A stretch of DNA of 64,000 bases from Lytechinus pictus (GCF_037042905.1 NC_087246.1:19034001-19098000); one strand, 5' to 3'. Positions 1 through 15,000 are shown, numbered from the stretch's first letter. Numbers and translations: made by a program. The notes: generated by a model not told the origin, from the letters alone.

Positions 1-31
1 CGGTGATGAGAGAGGTTTGACCAACATCTAT
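1..31 (-). CDS. SRCR-FA58C gene exon, truncated by window edge (IDVGQTSLIT)
   Basis: cag acceptor at 34-32; phase 0 continues the second FA58C. Confidence 0.75.
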   Translation of the reverse strand, partial: MDVGQTSLIT

Positions 32-3000
32 CTGATCAGTCAAATCATTCGCAGAAAAAAATCAAATGAATGAAAATTTGAATAAATCCATATTCCCAAT
101 TTCATTTGCCTAATGCACAGAATATTATTAAACTTGAAAAGCTATTTTGTAATCTGTATACTGTTAGGAAATGTCTCCTTACCCCCACCACGAAGTTCTT
201 GCAGCAGAGAACACCTGTAATCGTAAATTATGTTAAAATAAAGAGAATTGGTATCTGCGGTATGGAACCTTACACATTTCCCTTCAATAAATATTTTTAT
301 ACCATTAAATTCTGTTTAAAATAGACCTCTTACATTAATTACCGAATGATTCACATTTTTTGTTTAAATAGACCTTTCTTATCAATTATCGAATGATTCA
401 CTATTTTTGCTGTAAAATCTTATTTTTTTATTCATTTTTTTAACAATGTATCATCATGTTTATCATTCGGACCGTTTAGCTACATCAAATTTTCACATTA
501 CTGTATGTTTTATACTCAGGACATCTCCTTGTGATGAACTCCTGAACTTCCTGGGAATGTTCATAATATTGTAAGAACAAGCGTAAGTGATTAGTTTAAA
601 CTCACAAAGTGATTAGTTTAAACCCACAAGTTTTAAATCACAAAGAACAAATGTAAGTTCACGTAATAAACTAATTGTAAAAAGTTATACATTTTGTTCA
701 TTTTTGTTTTGCACAATTGCCAGTATCTTAACATCTTTTCAAGACGAAAAAAACCCAAACTCTCCCATATTTCAAATCTAAAACACACATCGACCGATTC
801 CAAATTTTCGGTCAAATGCGTAGATAGATAAGTCTTAGACATGTTTTTTTTATGAAGCACACACTTTTCTGTGTGCAGACGAATACAAATATAACGGACC
901 CACCATCACCCATCTGTCTTGGTCGTCATCAACGGCTAGCCAGCCAGCGCTCCTATTAGAATCAATTCCGCCGTTCAATCTTCCATTTTGCGCTAGAAAA
1001 AGGAATCCACCAAGAATTTGATACGATGAAGAAGTAAGACTAGAATCTGGGATTCGTCCATCTTCCACTCCCATTTTACTTCCTCTCAGGGGATGTAGAC
1101 ATCCAGATTCCTCTTGGTTTATAGCAGCTAAATTAAAAATGATTAAGAATAAACAACGATTTAAATGAAATATCTTTGAGAGATCGATAGCAAGGCAAGT
1201 TTATGCCCACAGGCCTATCTAAGGCTACTTCTTCCATGAGTCTTTCCGTATTTAATATCAATCATCCCTAGAGATTATAGATCAAGATACCCCTCCCCCC
1301 AAAAAAAAATATTGTTTTAATATTCTGAAGTTGGCGTCAACAAGAATGCTGACATGAAACTAGGCTGTCGGCTTCTGTCCGAGCAAGAGGAGAAACATAT
1401 TGTACTTCTTGAACTTCCCCAGTCGAGATATTCCTAGGAATTCTCTAAATTCCAAAGATTAGAATATGAAATGAGATTGGAGAAAATCTGTAGTATTAGG
1501 TGTTCAATCTAATTTTGGATATCATTGCACTCTACATTATTTCCAGTGAATTTCTACGCATTGTCCAGAGACATACCTCTGAAGTCAGTTGACATGGTTG
1601 AAGTAGTGTCACGAGTATCAGTCCAGAAATTAAGTCGCAGTGCCCCATGATTTTAGTCAAATTCATATCCCCATAGATCATGTGGATATTGGGACCAAAG
1701 TTTTTTTTTGCAACTTTGCAACTGAAAATTCCTAACTTGTCAAATATTCTTTTTCTGATTGTGTTCAAACTTCACCATATCTGCTTCTTTAAAATGACTT
1801 TGTGGCTGGTTCGAAATCCGCTTATAAGTCAAATCGTTAAAGTATTAGATCTTTATTACGATTCACGTACAAATAGAATTAAACACATTTATCAGAAATC
1901 GCATAATCTAATTTCTATATTTAGTGTGAATAAAGCTAAATCTTACCTTAAATTATAATTTCCGATAATTGTTCAAAAGTTACAATCTAATTGAATACTG
2001 AAACTTTGTATTAGCTCAGTTCCAAATTCGGTCGAAAGCACTGACGTCATGATCATTGATCATTATTGTGCTCACCTAATAATTCATTGATGGGACCGTA
2101 CCCATTGAGTTCTAACCTGATGCTCTTATAACCCAAGCTCTTTATCAGATGGATACGAAAGTATCTACATACGATGGGTGTGAGGAAGTTGTGTTCTACT
2201 TGACTATCACCGTCGTAATTTCCTGAGAAGACCTGAAGAAAACGCAAGAACATGGATGTATGAGAAGATAGTAATTCGATTTTCATAATGCCGGTTAAAC
2301 TGTTTAAAGTAGGCCAAAATAAGCCTACTCATCGTGATAATAATAATCAGAGAATGCAGTTTTCAAAAGCACATTTGCTCTAACAGTGGCGTAACTACGG
2401 GGGGGGGGGGGGGGGCATGGGGGGGCACGTGTCCCCCCAATCGGCTGGCAAAAAAAAAAAAAAAAAAAAAAAAACGGGGAAAAGGAGAAAAAGAGGGAGA
2501 AAGGAAGAGAAACGTAGTGGGAAAGGAGAAGTTATTGTTCATTATAATGTTATATTATAATCATGTTATGTTATATTACATAAGAAACATTTTTTGATAA
2601 CTTTATGAACATAAAGGTGTGTTGGCTCAGTTGGTAGAGCTTTTGTCTCACAACCGGGAGGTTGGGGGTTCAAACCCTGGCCGCGTCAGACCAAAAGACG
2701 TTAAAAGATGGGAGTTGCTGCTACCCTGTTTGGCGTTCAACGATTAAAGGGATAGAGCCTCGTCGATCTGGCGCTGCACAGCGGCTGCCGGGCCCACGAT
2801 CAATTGGGCAAAGCAAATTTTCGGAGTATTTCATTTCATGTCTATTTCGAACAATAAATTATGGATTTATCATTTATTTATCATTTATCATTTATAATTT
2901 GCTCAAGGCCTATGTCTTCATTGTTCCTGGTGCTTGAATTGTCTGTTTAACGAGATAATCCTGTTATACTAAAACCTTACGTTTTCAAGTCAATATAAAC

Positions 3001-6000
3001 CAAACATATTTCCTCGCACTTCGAGTTATTATTGTTTTATGTACTGACATATGCTTCTTTTTCATGACTTCTTAAAGTGATTGCCCCATTTTAAGGTCTT
3101 AATGTAAAACATTTCCTGTCCATGCTTATGTTCGCATTAGTGGATTGGATTGGTATCTGCTCTTCATGAATTCTTAAAATCGGTCCTTAAAAATGTCCCT
3201 TCTGATCTGAATATAAAAAAATTTCAGCTCGCGCTTCGCGCTCGCATGATTATGTTGATAAAATATGGTCTTAGTGAATTCCTACAAACAAGCCTAAAAA
3301 TGCCCCTCTTCAAGTCTGAATTTCATAAATTTTCAGCTCGCGCTTCGATTATAATGACATTTGCTTCATGTGTTTAGATGTATACAAAATCAGCTAGCGC
3401 TTGGCACTCGCATTAGATGATTATTGTGAGACATGCATACTCTTAATGGAGTCCTAAAATATAGCCCTTAAAATAACCCTGTTTGGGGTCAATATATAAA
3501 AAATTCAGCTCGCGCTTTGCGCTCGCATTGTTTGTTTAGCTAGACAGGTACGTATCATGATTACAAAAAAAATTGCTTATAATGTCCTTTTTTAGGTCTG
3601 AATATAAAAAATTTTCAGCTCGCGCTTCGCGCTCGCATCAGTAAGTGACTCAAAAACATTTCGGGTGCCCCCCAATGCCGTGACCCACGGTACGCCACTG
3701 TGCTCTAATGAAAGTGCTGATAATTTGAAAACAAACACACGAACCCCTATTTTGTTAATGTTTACACCTCTTAACTATACCTTCTTCTATGCAAAATTTG
3801 GTAAAATGACATGGGTTTTGAGTTAATTGCAGCTGCATTTATTGCACTTCTCAAGTTTGTACTGGAATTACACATTTTTGAGATTGGGTTTTTGTTATCT
3901 TTCACATCATCTTTAAGACTTACTGCTGTTAGACTGAGGGTGTGTTTATGCTTCCATTGCGAGGACTGAATCAGCGTTTTCAAACGTCGTTTCAAAACGC
4001 CGATCGTAAACGTAAAATAGCAATATTAGATTTTCCATCTTTAAGGATACAGTCATTGACTATGTTGCGAAATCTAATATTCATGGATTTTGACTGAGTA
4101 ATAGAGGTCTAAACTCATTGTAGTGATCTCGTGAGGTCTAAAAATGCCAAATTCTTTTGAATGCGCAATTCTTAAGAACGTCCATTTGGGTGAACTTTGA
4201 AGCTCTATAGCAAAAAATCAAGCACATGGACCCACGTTAATTTTTGCATATTTGGAATATTCAGGTGCTAAAGTATTCTATGAGCATAGTTTGGTGAAAA
4301 TGACATGGATTTCACTTTAACTGTGGAACGTCCTTAAGAGATCCACATTGCCCTCGTCTATAAAGACTCGGGGCAGTATGATTCTTTTGCGGGCGACATA
4401 TTTGAAGTTCCCCTCTCAAGGCCAGTCAATATTATATAAATATTCCCCGAACTTGTTCGGACCAAATCATAAACAACCACATGAGGTTTTGTTCACACAG
4501 GCGTTTGGCCATGGGTGTATTCATTAAAACCTCTCCGATAATAATGCAATTAATGGGATTGAAACAGTATTTATTGCGTTCGTTATCTCCCCCTCTCTGT
4601 TCTCAGATTTGGTTCCAAGTTGTTTCGGGCTTTGTTTTGTATAGGATAAAAAGGACAAGATGCAATATAGATGTTTACCTTGTCTGTATTAGCATAGGTG
4701 TCTTGGTAGAAGGCCCATGACGTTCCGTCCATACTGTATGACACTTTGTATAACGTCGTCCACTGTCTTTCAAATACTGGTCTGCCTTGTGTTATAATAG
4801 TTGTGATGATAAAAGCGGAATCAAAGGCAACCTGTAGCCAGGGGTCAGCGTCGTCGGTGACAGGGCGCCACGCAGATAAACCGTTAAGACGAGCTTTATT
4901 TTTGTCCACAAGGGTCTCGTTCCACTCACTTGAAACTGAAATAGCATCATCGTGGATTTTACCGCTTTCTAGACCTAGAGGACTACCACGGGGTGTGTTG
5001 CACATTTTCGCTGTTGTATAGAAAACACATGCAGAATTGTAAGTGGTTCTAATAACCATAATTACTTAAACTGATTATGTGTATAAGCACTGTTATAGAA
5101 AAAAAAAGAAACTGGAAATCCATATCGGTCATTATTAAGATTTAAATTCACTCTATCACTGTAAATATTGATTGTATCGACAAAAAGGGGAAAAAATCAT
5201 ACTTTCATTTAACCCTTTCCCCCTCTCTCTTCCCTAACTATACTGAGCAATATTACAATGTAAAACAAACCTAAGACCAGGTCACACCGCCCGATTTTTG
5301 TTGGAGCGTTCCTTGAACGGAAGGGAGAGGGGGCCGAATTTCGAGAACGCTCGTCACCGCCCACAAAATAGGTAAAAAATCGAAAACACGGGCGTTGCCT
5401 TAGCGGTGCACCGCTGAAGCCTACGTTGCTTTAGCGGTGACGCGAGCGTTGACAGAGCGGCGTTCTGCGCATGCGGGCGTTGGCTCGGCGGGGGTTTAAA
5501 GTTGGTTTAGCGGCATACCGCTTTTGACTACGGAGCTGAACGGATGTCTTTGATAGAAGTTCTGATAGATTCCAAATGGGCTCCTGGTCCATTTCTCCCC
5601 GTATTTATAGTCAAATGCTGGTCCCGCTCCGACACTTCCATACCAACGCCAAACAAAAGTTCATCACAGCAATGGATCGCTGCTTCAACGCCCGACACCG
5701 TTCCAGCAATCCCGTTTCTGCTCGTAAAACGCTTACAACCGCTCCAAAAAAGTTTGTGCAACATTTAATCACCGCCCGGGCAAAGCTGGCGAAGCAGCGG
5801 TGGTCTAGCGTTCAAGATTTCTGCGTTGGTCTAGTGGATCTTAAGCGTCCACGAAGTTGCGTCTAGCGGTGCCAACCTTTATCTGGGCGTTGTGATGATT
5901 TTTTTTCACCGCTCCTAGAATGCTGGGCGTTGGTGATGATTTTTTTTTCACCGCTCCAGGAATGCTCCAGCAAAGTTCTGCCGGTGTGACCAGGCCTTTA

Positions 6001-9000
6001 AGGCCTTTAATAATTCTTATGGAAGGTTACTCTCCTATACAGTGCGTATCAAAGAAAAGTTGACACTTTGAAAAAGCCCTGGCAATTAAAAAATATACGA
6101 CATGTGGGTAATTTTTTCACATATATTCTTGGGTTTGGGTCTCATCTATCCAATAAAAGTAAAAGTTATGACAGAATGTTACACTTGAGTGAGAACTGTC
6201 CATTTTTGTAAAGCTCGCAGAAATCTGTTTGCGCAGAAATGTTCGTTTTCATGCAGTGTCAAGGGGAAAGGGCGAAATCAAACTTACCCTGCGAAACATT
6301 TCTCATACATTTCCCTTGCACTTTTAGTCAATTGAAATAAAACGGAGACATTCAAGCATTTTGTAACAATTTTGCCAACCAAATTGAAATTTCAACACTT
6401 AGAAAGCACAACTTTTACCCTTTTTGTGCCAGCTGGATCTGAGGACATTGCTGAATTTTAACAAAAGTTTATATCAGACATCTCCAGTATTTTTTCACTA
6501 AGTTTTTATTATTCAAAGTGGGTTTACATTTCATTTTCCATGTAATTCTTGTTTCTCCACACTTTTCCCAAGCTTGACAATGATTAACAAAATAAAAGTC
6601 AAGCCTAAGCAATTCCATGTAAATCACAGCTCAGTGTAAAGCAAATATCGTCACGATGGCCTCGGTGTGTGGGGGAGTGGGGTGGGTGCGCGTTGCACTC
6701 TTCGAAGTGTTTTGGACAAGGGAACAAGTTAAAAAGGTAAAAGATATCTTCAAATCAATTTTACTAGCTAAATTCCACGTGTTCTTCATGATTAAGGTCT
6801 ACTTTTATTCGTGTAATTATTTCAAGGTTCTGCGCAAATCATTTTTCACTAACTTTTCAAAAGTAAGTGGTGCTCACTCAAGCGGAAATATTTTTAGACA
6901 GTTATATCGTCATTTGCTTAAATGGATCTGTACCAATGTTCAAATGTGGAAAAATCTTCAGGATATTACAAATGTATAATTTTACAGGATTTTTTCTAAG
7001 TGTAAACTGTTTTTTGATACGCACTGTATATATACAAAGTCATGTAGCTTTGGTGTTTGATACGGTGTTTGGTTCCTAATTTATTACGCAGTGAACCCTT
7101 AAGTAAAGAAATCGAAAACAATTTCAGAGTTGATTTTTAACAGAATCATATTGATACAATGAAATCTAGCTTCAATATCTTGCTCCTCCTTGAGGAAAGG
7201 AATCAATCGTTGTGCATAACATATATTGGATGAATCTTTTGACAACAAAAACGAGTTTATACAAAAAAAAAGAAATAAAATGAGGGTATTTATTTCAGGA
7301 TTTAGACATTTTTTGATCTCTCCATATTGAATGAATATACGATACTCATGTCAGGTCATGGGGGTTGAGCAGTGGCGACCCAGTTTTCTACTAGCCAAAG
7401 ACAAGAATGAAATCTCAACAATACAGCACCAGGGTTCAATCCCCTGCTTCTAATCCAAACCCTGATTTGATGGACCCACAAGCGACCAAATGGTCAGCTC
7501 GCTCCAATCGATTATCCTACACACTTAAAATGTTGGGCAACATACTGTCCACTGTGTTGGGTAATGAATGTTGGTAAAATGTATGTGGAGGAGCCGTGGT
7601 GTAGTGGTTCTGACTCTCGCCTTGTAAACAGAGGGTCGTGTGTTCGAATCCCACCACGGTCTGGAGTCCTTTGACAAGGCGTTAATCCACAGTTTGCCAC
7701 TCTCGACCCATGTGCTGAATGGGTACCCGGTAGGATGTGAAAGTCATTGTAGCTTGTCCAGTACTGTGTGCGCCTCACCGGCGGCTGACTGGAATACTGA
7801 CCAGGGAGTGGAGGATGTGCACACATTGATTGCGGGAATGACTGATCGAATCCGACGACCGGTGTAGTAATATATCTGTAAAGCACTTAGACACGTCGGT
7901 CCGATGTATTAAACGCTATATGAGAGCGGATTATTAATATTATTATTAAAAGAAAGAAAACAATTATATTCCGGGCAATTATTATCAAATTGAGCAATTT
8001 GGGTAGATTTTAACCAATAGTTGTGTGGACAGTATGTTGCCCAGGGTTGGTTAAAAGTTTTTTTTTTTTGCCCAACTATGTTAAGAGTGAAGTCAGAAGG
8101 AAGTGGATCAATTCAGTTAAGAATAGTTTAGCATATCGGTCTTTTGAAGGGATTGGGTCTGATCATCGAATTGTATCATGTTAATGTCAAAAAGGTTATC
8201 GAAATTGTAAAACTCAATCTAAAGACCTCATGAAGAGTATGGGCCCAGGTAAATCAAAATGATCAGTTGAAAGATCAATACATTCTTGCTATGTTTAATA
8301 GGTTTCGTACACTTTGTAATGAATTAGATGACAGTAGTGAAGCATCAGAAGTATACGATAAACTCATTGAAGCTAATAGAGAGATCGTACTCCCAACTCT
8401 CCCAAATAAAACTAAGAAAATGAGTGATGTCTCAAACGAGGAAAATCTAGCTCGCACCAGGGATATATTTAAAAAGGCTTCAACTATGATTACACAAGGC
8501 CTATTCGAAATAGTAACAGAAACTTGAAACTGCTAAAAAGGCACATGCCGGGGGCACATGATGTTTCCTATACAATGGCCCTTGAAAGTAAAATCAAAGA
8601 CAAAACTGAAAAGTTTGAAAGTCTTCGTTGATAAGAAACATGCAGCAGCTTACTGTGATAAAATTTGACACTTCCTTCTCGGCTCTCCAGTTTAGAACAA
8701 TAATACAGAAGACCCCTTTTTCAACCACAAAGTTTGTGATCTCCTCCCTACTAAAATAGGACCATTTTCTAAATCAGTGCCTCTTTGGCTCTGAAAAAGG
8801 TGCAAGTTTCAAAGTAACTTGGTCCAGATAACATTCCTGCTGTTACAGGGTAGAGTACTTTATTTCACGAAACTCTTCTAAAATGCTGTATGAAACTCTA
8901 ATTGGTAATAAACCCACAGCTTTCTCTTTGTCATCCATTATACCCATTCTAAAGAAAGGGATCTTTCATCACCATCAAACTACAGAGGCATAACATTATC

Positions 9001-12000
9001 ACCAATTGCAGCTATAATACAACGCTTCTTAATCGTTTGATTTCATATGTTGATATATATTAAGGACCAATCAAAATGGTTCCAGAGAAGGAAGATCCAC
9101 TCCCTCCCATATTCTCTTAATAAGGCGAATCATTGAAGAACTAAGAATGTCTAGAGAACAAGGTACTATCACTTTCCTTCATTTCTCACAGGCATTTGAT
9201 AGCGCTAACCGTTGTAATATGATTAAAATTCCTTCAAATTATGGTATCCCAAATGAAGTAATACAAGCAATCGATGTAATTTATACGAATCCACTCTCCT
9301 TTGCTCAAAGTGTAGATGGACCTACTGAACAGTTTGTGACAACTTCAGGAATTCTTCAGGGTGACACTTTGGTACCAAATCTATTTTCAATTGTACTAGA
9401 TTTTAAGATATTCACTAGATCATGTACGAATATTATGGACATCAAACCATAATGTCTATGACTACAAGTAGGGACCAACACAAAAATATTCAACTCATTT
9501 AGATCATGATGATGATATAGCATTGACTACTGCTTTTTGAATGATGCACAATTAAGAACTGCTTCTCACAGGAGAGGCTTCATCTGCAAAGTTTGGCATC
9601 AACTTGAATTCCCAAAAGACCGAGTTCATGACATTTAATAAAGCTCATGATCATGCATCAATACTGACAAGGGAAAGGGCCAAGCTTATTTTAAGTATTT
9701 AAATTCATTATGCAACTCAAGAAAAAACTTTCTATCGACATGATCGAGGAAAGCTCTTGCTTGGAATCCGGGGGGGGGGGGGGTACTCGACCAAAAAAGT
9801 GGTAGGTATGTGCCGCGGGCAAGACAAAAAACGAGGGCCTTGGAGCGGGCTTATTGTAAAATAGGAGGGTCCTCGGAACGGGCTTCGGAACAACTAATGT
9901 TTGTGAAAACGGTGGTCCTTGGAACGGGTCGCCTGCATGTGAGTGCGTCTAGCCTGCATCCCTATGGAACGGGCATACGTGCATGAAGCTAGCCCGGCGC
10001 GGGTGCGCTCGCGCAGAGGCGATGTTCACCAAAATTGCAGCTCATTGTATATAGCAGATCAATGCGGCCGGAACGGCGTAACGAAAAATATGCGAAGCTT
10101 TGGAGCGGATCTTTTTCTTTTTTTTTCTCGAATAGAAGAAAATGCAATGCTTTGGAGCGGCTTTATTTGTTCTTTTTCTCAATGAGACAAAAATGCTATG
10201 CCTTGGAACGAAAATTTGAGTATAAAAATGGGAGTCCCCTCCACGTCACATACCCACCACGCATTATTATACTGAGTGCCCCCCCCCCCCGCCTGTAATA
10301 CATGACATTTATATGATACAATTCGATGATCAGACCCAATCCCTTCAAAAGACCGATATGCTTATACTATTCTTAACTGAATTGATCTACTTCCTTCTGA
10401 CAAGGGTGGAGTTGATTTGAGCAAGCTGACCATTAGGCCGCTTGTGGATCCATAGCCTACCATTACGGTGTTGGAATCTAGTAATAGTAGCAATGCGATT
10501 GTGTTGCTCCACAAAATCTTTGAGGAGCATGCCAAGATGAAACAGTAGAGTGAGCATCTTAGGGCCCAAGTTGTGCATTAAAATCCCGCCTATCATCAGC
10601 AAAGTATGTGCAGGCAAAGAGTTTATAGCGGAAGAAAGTTCATCATAGAACGTACTGAGCACTCCTTCCCTACTCCTTCCCGACCTTTCGCTGGAGAACG
10701 CGAACGCTTATTTACGACGGTAGTTGATTTTGTGAGAGACTTTTGGGCCCGTCGTAAAAGACTGTCCTGCAATTTCAATTATGTGACATGAGGATCTTGT
10801 GTAGCTTTCGCATCTGCAACGGAAACATCAATCTGCGGTTCGTGTGCAAAATACTATGGTAACAGCGACATAATTATCCGATTTAGCACGACTTTCTAGA
10901 GCCACATTTGGTTCCTCCCAGATCTCGAGAGGCCGCCCGGGGGGGGGGGGGGGCACTTCCATTGACGAGTGGATACCAGGCGCAACCACGCGTAAAAAGG
11001 GAAAGAGTTGGCAAGTACGTTACGTATATGCCTATATGTAACGTTATAAGGGTGTCAAAAACGATGTTTAATATACTAAAAAAAGGGATACATTTCCAAG
11101 ACAAGTCTTGTAGGGGTTCACAAGCCAAGGGATGCATTTTCATAATCTGGAAAAGACTTGTTTCCCTTGTTTAGGGTGCTTTTCGAAACCCCATGGTCGC
11201 GCCTGGTATCCACTCGTCAATGGAAGTGGTTCCCCCAAAAATTTGAATCTAATCACCCATTTCGGGGAAAGTAAAACACAATGCCCATTACATTGTGTGC
11301 TAGAGGCATATCGTTTGTGTAGGAGGAGCAGGTAATAGAAAAAACCCGCAAATTCGGATGGTGTTCAGACAGATAGGCCTATTGCATATGTTGTGTACAT
11401 ATCAACGCATGCGAAATGGTTTCGGCTGGAGAGGTGATCTGACCCATAGAATCAATTGCCAGTGATCCACCAATAATCCACATTAGATGCAATATCGATT
11501 CGATGGACTGTAATGATCTATATCTAAGCCTTAATTCAGTAAGTTTTTCCTCACTCAATATGTACACGATTTGTTTGAAAAAAAAAACCACTTTCTTATC
11601 CATGTCATAATATATTGTAGGCCCAGCATTTCGAATATCTCCAGCCAGCTGTCACAGTAGAGGCTCGCCGCCGGCTCAGGGGGCATACGCTGATGACCAG
11701 TCGTACATGCACGAAAGCGGGATTTAATCTCGCAGCATGGTGTGTGTGTCGCGTGAAAGAATTTTGTACACGATCGAAAAGCAGATCTATAGGGCCTAGC
11801 TGTAATACAAAGCTTAGCAATGATTGTAGAGCAGTTTTCTACGTTTGATTCTATTGAATATAATGTACAATCAATCTTAAAAATCGAGTCTATGATTAAT
11901 CGTTACCTTTTGTGTTACTAGACCCTAATGTCGCGTTCCAGAGGTTTGCGAAAACTCGCAATTATGTGGGCTGCAACCACGTCGGATTTCATTTTGCGAG

Positions 12001-15000
12001 GGGGCGGTAAATGCACGCAAAGGCAGAGTGCACTTTGCGCGCTCCCTAGGGGGTGGGTGCAGGGAGGGGGAGTTTTCCCCCGTCCCGCGCGAAGCTTTCG
12101 AAGTTTCATCATATTAAAATAAAAAGAAGCAGTCTCTCTTATCTCTAGTGCCTATATCAGCTCCAATTCAATTGAATTGTGAACGCACAAAAAAGGGATA
12201 AAATGGAGGAAATTAAAATAATAATTACCCCGCGCAGAAGCTAAAGCGTTTAATCAATTTTTCGGAAAAGGAAGGATCCCAGGAAAAGGGTATTCTCCAA
12301 GCCATATTGAAAGAACAGATTTGATTAGAAACAATTTAGCGACAGTGAACATCTTTGACCTGCAAAACAGAGAACAAGGGAATATGTGCCGGGAAGAAGA
12401 TATTCCTCCCTGCGCAGAGCAATGAAACTCAGTAGCGTAACAGGCGGGGGGGGGGGGGGCAGGCAGCGGCGTAACAGGGGTCGGTGGCCAGGGGGGGGGG
12501 GGGGCAAGAGCCAAAAATTTCCCGGTCATATCATGGAACAGGCAATGGCGTCATAAGGCAAACATTTTGAGGGGGCGATATGGCGTACCGGGCAAATATA
12601 TATATATAAAAGCGAGCGAGCAAAAAATTTTGACATTTTTATTGCAAAAATCTAATTTTGTGATAGATTTTAATTATAATAGATTTTAATTTTAATGTTA
12701 AAAAGATGATATCATATTTCACCCTCCTCTCTTTCCTTTTTTCTCTCTTTTTTGTACGCCACGGTGAACAGGATTTTTGTTATGATTGTGAGCATCAGGG
12801 CGAAGCTCTATATGCTCGAGGGGGCCGAGTATGGCGCTTCTGGCAATAAGTAGCTTAATATAGGTCCCGAGAGAGCGAAGCGAGCGAGATAAAAAAATCA
12901 CCTTTTCATGAGAATCTAACATGAAGATCGATTTTTACGTGATATTCAGAAAAATATAATACACTTTCCTTTCTTTCCTCATTTTTTTTGTTTGGTTGTA
13001 GAACTTTTGGGGGCCATGGTCCAAACTCATCCATATAACAGTGCTTTATGGGTGGGGTCCAGGGCAGAGCCCCGGAACCTCTTGATATCAAAGCCATTTT
13101 GAACCTTACAGATAGCCACTTATTTTAATCAAATTGCGTGTATATTTATATAGCTTTAACACAACACATAAATTCAATGCAGTTGTGTATCGTAATCATC
13201 CAAATATTGTGAGGGGCACACCATAGCAAATGTGTAAAAATTTGTAAAAAGTCGCCAGCGAGCGAAGCGAGCCAGAAAAAAAATGGCCTGTTAAAATGAA
13301 ATTCTAATTATGTGATAGATTTTTACATCATTATAGCAAATATCATGTCATATATTTTTTTTCATTTATCTCATTTCGCTGCCTCCTTTATTTTCTTTTA
13401 TTTCCCCTTGGCTGTGGAACCACCCCCGGTACGCCAGTGCTTCAACGTAAAGCTTAATGCAGGCAGGGTCCATATAGGGGCCCGTTATAGAACCCATTAC
13501 ACGGGTCGTGTGGTCCAGTGGTTAGAGCATTGGACTCATAATCGCAAGGTTGTGAGTTCGAATCCCAACTCTGCCATTGTCTCCACTTTGATAAAAAGGC
13601 CCGAGAGTGATATCTGTCGTCTATAACGTCAGCCACTATGACTGATTAACCTAGACGTAAAATGTTTCATAGGTAATTGGTTATATACCAGCTTGGCGTT
13701 TACCAGCAAATTGCTGTCCTGCCGAGTTCCTACGAGAGTTACCACAAACAGAAACAGAAACAGAAACATTAAAGGTTACAGATGAAGAGCCCCCACTGCA
13801 CGGGGTCTTGACTCTTGGACAGAGCCTTTGGAGATTTAGCAAGTTTATGATAGACTTTCATACGACATTATGCTATATACCATCCATTTTTCTTCCCGCT
13901 CGTTATCTCAATCCTCGGCAGCCCGGTAGTGTACGTTATCTTGTCCCTATTCTTTAATTTCCAATTTAGATTTTGGCTAATTCCATTCTGCATTTATTTC
14001 CCGCTTTTGTTTGCCTTTTTGTCATCTTTAATTTATTTCCCTGTCTTACTAATCATGCTAATGTATTTTTATATCGGGGCGAATTGTTCTTTCTCACTTG
14101 TTTTTTTCCTTCCATTTCCCGTTATCTTTCCGTTTTTCCTTTTTTATGTTTTTTCTTAGTTTTCTTTTCCCTTTTCCTTTCCCTTTCCCCTTTCCCCTTT
14201 TTCTTTCCTTTCCCTTTCCCTTTCTTCCCCCCTTTTTTTTTCTTTTTCCCGTTTTATTTTATTTTCCCGGTGAGCTCCGCCAGGGGGGGGGGGGCAGCTT
14301 GCCCCCCTGCCCCCAGTGGCGTAACAAAATAATTTTGTTAAGGTATTAATTTTTTAATTAAAAAATTTAAAGAATTAAAAGAAAAACTCACAAAGCTACC
14401 TATCTTCCCCTTTGCTTTCATTTTTCTCCTCTCCTTTTCCTCTTCTTTTTTTTCTTTTTGGGGACTTTTTTAATGAGGGGGGGGGGCGACCGCTCCCACC
14501 GCCCCCGGCTACGCACCTGGTGAGCTGTAACAGGAAACTATAGTGGTTGCTGGATTGCCGTTCAGAGTGATTTCAATTATACGATTATCATGCTTTCGAA
14601 TTGACATGCTTTCAGAGTATACCCATTCGCAACATTTCAAAATGCCTAAATATTGAGCTTTATGGACTAGTCCAACCCTCTTGCCACTCGATATTAAAAA
14701 TAAAGGTATGAAAACTATTCACTACTACATATTTCTTTTCAGTAAAGGATCCACTTTGACTTTGTCACTATTATCAAGGTTGATCCGTCCCGGAGGCTTT
14801 AGGATCAACCTGTCATTGATGTTGTAGTGTTCCGACATGGGCAAATCAGGGTTTAGAGGCAGGGGCTTGAACCCTGGTGCTGTATTGTTGTGATTTCATT
14901 CTTGTCTCTGGCTAGTAGAAGACTGGGTCGGCACTCCTCAGCCTGAATGCGACGGGTAGACCGAGCTACATGTTATCGGTATCAAGCCATTCCAAGATGT

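Noticed and set aside
5528-5866. Overlapping GC-rich ORFs as a transposase
   Set aside because: Short, no DDE-type motifs; interior of a MITE.
7588-7660. Possible tRNA gene (also 2615-2690)
   Set aside because: tRNA-like heads of SINEs with broken stems and LINE-type tails.
13503-13575. Possible tRNA-Met gene
   Set aside because: Acceptor and anticodon stems are imperfect, it continues into a SINE body and tail with TSD, and it is absent from the homologous site near 39242.
13929-14349. Phe/Pro-rich hydrophobic ORFs, repeated at 38590-39083
   Set aside because: Pyrimidine-rich low-complexity part of MITE family B; the similarity reflects repeat copies, not coding conservation.
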